Below are positions 59,124 to 64,000 of a stretch of 64,000 nucleotides of DNA, one piece after another. The DNA lies in NCBI GenBank assembly GCA_963822445.1, contig CAWGHO010000002.1, forward strand, positions 800,001 to 864,000, read 5' to 3'. Under the pieces are notes generated by a model, which saw only the letters and a program-made list of their open reading frames with translations, had not been told where the DNA came from and made no database searches. This DNA is from an uncultured Acidobacteriota bacterium. Lineage in GTDB: Bacteria > Acidobacteriota > Thermoanaerobaculia > Gp7-AA8. Numbering within the stretch: position 1 is the stretch's first letter; each line of letters starts with the position of its first letter. The position numbers were made by a program, and so were the translations under genes.

Positions 59124-60185
59124 ATGCGTTTACAAATAATCCTTGCGACGCTCCTCCTCTCCTCCCCTGTCCTCGCCGATCCAGTCATCACTTTGATCAC
59201 CCCGGATTCCGGTCCGGCAGCTGGTGGAACGACGGTAATCATCAAAGGCTCGGGCTTCAGCGACATGTGCATCATCTGCTCGCCGCCGTTCGGCAGTCCG
59301 CCCGAGGTGAAGTTCCTGGAGACGCCGGCGCCGTCGGTGAAGTTGATCGACTCGCAGACCCTCGAAGTCGTCACGCCGCCGCATTTTCCCGTCACCGTTC
59401 CGGTCACCGTTCGCCAGTTCGACGGCTCGCAGCCGGTGACTCTGAGCAACGCGTTTGCGTATTTCGGCGACCCGAACACGGCCTTCGATCCGATCCTCCT
59501 CCCGATCTTCACCCGGCCGGTGCGGGGCGCGTTCGACTCCGAGTTCCACACCACCGCGCGGATCTGGAACGAAGACCGGGAGACCGCGGTCACGCTCTAC
59601 GGAATCGATACGTCGTGCTACCTCTTCAGCCCGACGGTCTATCCGATGTTCCCGTTCCCGCTGCACCCGAGCGGCGGTGAGCACATCCTCCTTCCCGATT
59701 GCAACGAGTCGGTCGGCCGGCTGTTCTGGGTCCCGAAAGGCACCGACACACTCGCCGCGAACCTGCGCGTTCGCGATGTGACACGCGAAGCGAGCAGCCA
59801 CGGCGTCGAGATTCCGGTCGTGCATCGCGACCACTTCAGCGACAGCCGCATCTCCCTCCTCGGCGTCCCCATCGAATCCCGCTTCCGCAACACGCTGCGC
59901 ATTTACAGCCTCGCCCGCGGCGAGCAGCTCATCAACCTGCAGATCGGCGACGAGTCGCATCAGGTCTTCCTGCCCGCAGCCGCAGACTGGTTCCATCCGG
60001 CCGAGCTGACCTTCACCGATTTCCCGCTGCCGGAAGAGCTCTCGGCCGGACAGACGACCATCCGCGTCGTCGTCGACGTTCCCTTCGATCCCGGCAGCCC
60101 GGTGCAGGCGAACGTTCCGATCTGGGCCTTCATCACCGTCACGAACAACGACACGCAACAGATCACCACCATCACATCGAACTGA
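59124..60185 (+). CDS. Secreted IPT/TIG-domain protein, paralog 1
   Basis: ITPDSGPAAGGTTVIIKGSGF; FRNTLRIY; WAFITVTNNDTQQITTI. Confidence 0.85.
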   Translation: MRLQIILATLLLSSPVLADPVITLITPDSGPAAGGTTVIIKGSGFSDMCIICSPPFGSPPEVKFLETPAPSVKLIDSQTLEVVTPPHFPVTVPVTVRQFDGSQPVTLSNAFAYFGDPNTAFDPILLPIFTRPVRGAFDSEFHTTARIWNEDRETAVTLYGIDTSCYLFSPTVYPMFPFPLHPSGGEHILLPDCNESVGRLFWVPKGTDTLAANLRVRDVTREASSHGVEIPVVHRDHFSDSRISLLGVPIESRFRNTLRIYSLARGEQLINLQIGDESHQVFLPAAADWFHPAELTFTDFPLPEELSAGQTTIRVVVDVPFDPGSPVQANVPIWAFITVTNNDTQQITTITSN

Positions 60186-60193
60186 GGCCTTCC

Positions 60194-61003
60194 ATGAAAC
60201 GGATCATCTTCCTGCTGCTGTTCGCCGCGTCGCTCACGGCGCAACCGGTCTTCGACGACACCTACGAGCGCATCCTCGTGCCGGTGTTCCTGCCGGTGAC
60301 TCCCGGCGCTTTCGGCTCGGAGTTCCATTCGCAACTGACGGTCTGGAACAAGAGCCAGACCGAGACGCTGCGTATCTTCGGCGTCGAGGAAGCGTGCCGG
60401 TTCCCGATCACCTGTCCCGCGCCGGATCCCGGTGAGCCGGTCGAGGTTCGGCCGTACGGCTCGGATCCCGAGACACCGGAGGGACCGATCCTCCTGCCCA
60501 ACGGCTCGCCGGGGCGATTCATCTACGTGCCGAAAACGGACATCGATCTGCTCGCGGCAAATCTGCGTGTATTCGACAACAGCCGCAGCCAGCAGAACTA
60601 CGGCACGCAGATCCCGCTCGCGCGGCAGCGCGATTTCTCGAGTGAGCGGATCGTGCTTCCGGACGTGCCGATGAGCTCTCCTTTCCGCAACACCCTGCGC
60701 ATCTACAGCGCCGAGGCGGCGACGGTGGTGGTGTCGTTCGAAGGACCGTACATCATCGGCTCACCGGTCATCATTCCTCCGGGCTCGCGGAATGTGACTC
60801 TCCGCCCCGGCGTCAACGTCTTCGATCCGGCCTACGCCGTCGTCACCAACTTCGCGCCGTACCCAAGAAACCTGACCGTGGTGGTCGAGCCGCTCCCGCC
60901 CTGCGCGATCTGCCCTCTGCCGCACATTCCCCCGGCGATCTGGGCCTTCATCAGCGTCACCAACAACGACACGCAGGCCATCACCACCATCTTCCCGAAT
61001 TGA
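60194..61003 (+). CDS. Secreted paralog 2 (no IPT/TIG domain)
   Basis: [32 protein letters not shown]. Confidence 0.85.
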   Translation: MKRIIFLLLFAASLTAQPVFDDTYERILVPVFLPVTPGAFGSEFHSQLTVWNKSQTETLRIFGVEEACRFPITCPAPDPGEPVEVRPYGSDPETPEGPILLPNGSPGRFIYVPKTDIDLLAANLRVFDNSRSQQNYGTQIPLARQRDFSSERIVLPDVPMSSPFRNTLRIYSAEAATVVVSFEGPYIIGSPVIIPPGSRNVTLRPGVNVFDPAYAVVTNFAPYPRNLTVVVEPLPPCAICPLPHIPPAIWAFISVTNNDTQAITTIFPN

Positions 61004-61013
61004 GGCCCTTCCC

Positions 61014-62030
61014 ATGAAACGACTCTTCGCAGTGATGTTGTTTGCAGCATCTGCGTTCGCGGAACCGAAGATCACCGGCGTCTCGCCGAACAGCGGTTCG
61101 GTCAGCGGTGGAACGGTGGTGACGATCAGCGGGACCGGTTTCGAATTCTGTCCGATCTGCTCGCCGCCGCTTCTGGGGTTGGTAATGTTCGGCAGTACCC
61201 CCGTTCGCGACGTCGCGCTGCTCGAAGACGGCTCGATACGCGTCACGGCGCCGGCGCATCTTCCGCAGACCGTCGACGTGCAGGTCCATCAATGGAACGG
61301 CAAAGCATCGCTGCCCGATGCGTTCACGTTCACCGGCAAGATCGAGGATGGCTTCCATCAGGTCCTCCTTCCGCTGTTCACGCCAACCGTTCACGGCGCG
61401 TTCGGTTCCGAGTTCGTGACCGAGCTGCGGCTCATGAACGCCGGCGACGGATTGGCGCGGGTCTACGGCCTCACTCTCGACTGCCGCATCCTGTGCCCTC
61501 CGCTCGATCCGCTGGAAGTGCCGTTGGAGCTCCTGCCCGGGCGATCGCAGCATCCCTTCGACATCGCCAGAAGCGGCAAGCCGGGCCAGTTCCTGTTCAT
61601 CCCGAAGAACATGGCCAGGGTGACGATGAACCTGCGCGTCTTCGATCAGACGCGCGACGAATTCAACTTCGGAACGGAACTGCCCATCGTTCCGGTCTCC
61701 GAGTTCACCAACGACCGCATCGTGCTGCTCGGCGTTCCGGGTGACCCGCGCTTCCGCAACACGCTCCGCATTTACGCGACCGCCGAAACCTCGGTGACGG
61801 TCAGCGTCGACGACATCGCCTGGCACGTCCCGCTGACCGCCGGTGAGAACGAGCTCTATCCGGCGTACGCGCAGTTCTCCGGCTTGCCGGTCGGCGACTT
61901 CAAGTACGACGTGACGATCGTTCCCGCGGAGACGGCTCCACCGCTGATCGCGCCGAAGGTCTGGGCGTTCATCAGCGTCACGAACAACGACACGCAGCTG
62001 ATCACGACGATCTCGCCACAGCCGAACTAG
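61014..62030 (+). CDS. Secreted IPT/TIG-domain protein, paralog 3
   Basis: [21 protein letters not shown]; GAFGSEF; [17 protein letters not shown]. Confidence 0.85.
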   Translation: MKRLFAVMLFAASAFAEPKITGVSPNSGSVSGGTVVTISGTGFEFCPICSPPLLGLVMFGSTPVRDVALLEDGSIRVTAPAHLPQTVDVQVHQWNGKASLPDAFTFTGKIEDGFHQVLLPLFTPTVHGAFGSEFVTELRLMNAGDGLARVYGLTLDCRILCPPLDPLEVPLELLPGRSQHPFDIARSGKPGQFLFIPKNMARVTMNLRVFDQTRDEFNFGTELPIVPVSEFTNDRIVLLGVPGDPRFRNTLRIYATAETSVTVSVDDIAWHVPLTAGENELYPAYAQFSGLPVGDFKYDVTIVPAETAPPLIAPKVWAFISVTNNDTQLITTISPQPN

Positions 62031-63062
62031 AACAGGTCCCTTTGCGTCCGCATCGCCGAAATCGGATATCCGAGGTGCTCGTACGCCGTGCGGCTGGCAA
62101 CACGGCCGCGCGGCGTGCGCTGCAGGAAGCCGATCTGGATCAGGTACGGCTCGTACAGATCCTCGATCGTCCCGCGATCCTCCGCAATCGACGACGCAAG
62201 CGCATTCAGGCCGACCGGCCCGCCGCCGAAACGCTCGATCACCGTCGTGAGCAGCTTGCGATCGATCTCGTCGAGACCGTACTCGTCCACTTCCAGCATG
62301 CGCAGCGCCTTCGCGGGCGATCGCTACGTTCACTTTCCCCTCATGCTTCACCTCCGCGAAATCGCGCACGCGGCGCAGCAGGCGGTTGGCGATGCGGGGG
62401 GTTCCGCGCGAGCGGCGGGCGATCTCCATGGCCGCCGCTTGCGTCGATGGGGATGCCGAGGATGTCCGCGGAGCGGCTGACGATGATGGCCAGTGAATCG
62501 ACGTCGTAGAAGTCGAGGCGATGCACGATGCCGAACCGCGCGCGCAGCGGCGCGGTGAGCAGTCCCGCGCGAGTGGTTGCGCCGACGAGCGTGAAGCGCG
62601 GGCAGCTCGACCTTCAGCGTTCGCGCCGCGGGACCCTGCCCGATCGACCACGTCGACGTGGAAGTCTTCCATCGCCGAGTAGAGAACCTCCTCGACGATC
62701 GGCGGGAGGCGGTGGATCTCGTCGATGAACAAGACGTCGCCGGCTTCGAGATTCGTCACGATCGCGACGAGATCGCCCGGCTTCTCCAGCGCGGGGCCGG
62801 AGGTCGTGCGCAGGCTGGCGTTCATCTCGTTGGCGACGATGTTCGCGAGGGTGGTCTTGCCGAGGCCGGGAGGACCGAAGAGCAGGACGTGATCGAGCGC
62901 CTCGCCGCGCTTGCGGGCGGCCGTCGAGCGAGATCTCGAGGTTCGCCTTGACCTTGTGCTGGCCGATGTACTCGCGCAGCAGCGCGGGGCGGAGCGAGAG
63001 CTCGGTCTGCAGGTCTTCGGTCGGGGGTGGCGGCGAGGATGCCTCGTCGATCGGCTGATCAC
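62027..63062 (-). CDS. ruvB: Holliday junction helicase RuvB (multiple frameshifts, start approximate)
   Basis: [55 protein letters not shown] in shifting frames. Confidence 0.9.
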
Positions 63063-63065
63063 GTT

Positions 63066-64000
63066 CTACCCGACGGCGCGCCCGGCCTTGGCCAGCGGGC
63101 AACGACGACGGTGATGGCCGTGCCCTCGCCTTCCCGCGACGCGACCTCGATCTTGCCGCCGTGCTCCTGCACGATGCGGTAGGAGATGGCCATGCCGAGG
63201 CCGGTGCCGGAGGGGAAGTTGGTGCGGAACGGCTGGAAGAGGCGGCTGCAGATCGGCGTCGGACATGCCCCGGCCGCTGTCGGCGAAGATGATGTGGTAC
63301 GAAGCCGTCGTCGACGGTCGTGCGAACGGCGAGCACGCCGCCGTTCGGCATGGCCTGCACGGCGTTGCGCGCGAGGTTCCAGAAGACCTGGCGGATCTGG
63401 TCGGCGTCGCCGACGATGGGGAAGGACGGCGGCGCGATCTCGCGGCGGATCCCGTGGTTCGCGTGAGCTCGGGCGAGTTCGCAAGCAGGTCGAGGGTCTC
63501 TGCGAGGCTGGCGGCGACGTCGAACTCGACGGCGCGCTTCTCCTGCGGCCGCACGAAGCGGAGGAAGTCGGAGATCGACTTGTTCAGCCGCTCCGACTCC
63601 TTGAGCACGATCGACATCAGCCGCTGTTCCTGCGGCGTCAGCGACTTCGAGTTCTTCAGCACCTGCACCGATCCGGCGATGGCGGCGAGCGGATTGCGGA
63701 TCTCGTGAGCGATGCCGGCGGACAGCTCGCCCACCGCGGCCATCCTGTCCTTGAGCCGCACCTCGGCCTCGAGCTTCTTCATCTCGGTGAGGTCCTGGAA
63801 GATGAGCGTGTAGCCCGCGCGACTTTGCCTTCGAGCGTGCTCAGCGGACTGACCGCGAAGCCGATGCTGCGCCGCACGCCGCCGACGATGAAGTCGTCGA
63901 TCTCGCGGCGCACGACCTCCCCGCCGTCGAGCTCCTCGCGAGCGTCGTTCCAGTCCTCGACGGTGAAGAAGCCGAGCTCGGTCACGTGGCGGCCGAGGAT
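63066..64000 (-). CDS. PilS/NtrB-like sensor histidine kinase, partial and frameshifted
   Basis: AHEIRNPL, GTGLGMAISYRIVQEHGG, PAS-like segment upstream. Confidence 0.85.
   Translation of the reverse strand, partial: PRPPRDRARLLHRRGLERRSRGARRRGGRAPRDRRLHRRRRAAQHRLRGQSAEHARRQSRAGYTLIFQDLTEMKKLEAEVRLKDRMAAVGELSAGIAHEIRNPLAAIAGSVQVLKNSKSLTPQEQRLMSIVLKESERLNKSISDFLRFVRPQEKRAVEFDVAASLAETLDLLANSPELTRTTGSAARSRRRPSPSSATPTRSARSSGTSRATPCRPCRTAACSPFARPSTTASYHIIFADSGRGMSDADLQPPLPAVPHQLPLRHRPRHGHLLPHRAGARRQDRGRVAGRRGHGHHRRRCPLAKAGRAVG

Noticed and set aside
59124-62030. Diversity-generating retroelement targets
   Set aside because: No reverse transcriptase or template repeat; shared tails differ mainly synonymously
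62027-64000. ruvB and kinase as true pseudogenes
   Set aside because: Dense indels with intact motifs near the window end suggest low-quality consensus

Overview
High-GC, diderm bacterial chromosomal window (LpxR, OmpW, OmpA and a TonB receptor are present; gene style suggests Acidobacteriota/Thermoanaerobaculia, which is inference only). It is mostly housekeeping and metabolic genes: murB, a POT transporter, ptrB, glnS, lhr, nrdJ, nadB, ruvB, a penicillin acylase and an mddA-like gene. The most striking element is at 16.5-18.3 kb: a sigma70 promoter, a 23-codon uORF with an antiterminator/terminator pair, a circularly permuted tRNA-like (YrlA-like) RNA with a complete anticodon arm, and an SPFH/slipin gene, with no Ro60/TROVE or RtcB gene in the window. 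Other notable items: a 12-Cys secreted peptide + repeat protein + PDZ module; three tandem secreted paralogs; a direct-repeat-flanked QueA-like cassette; a small defence patch (SauUSI-like nuclease-helicase, hicB, internally deleted hicA); short-period palindromic repeats, one in-frame inside lhr; widespread leaderless-type promoters; and an NrdR/DnaA/parS-like control region upstream of nrdJ. Frameshifts in nrdJ, ruvB and the terminal kinase are probably sequencing errors. All calls are by eye; no searches were run.
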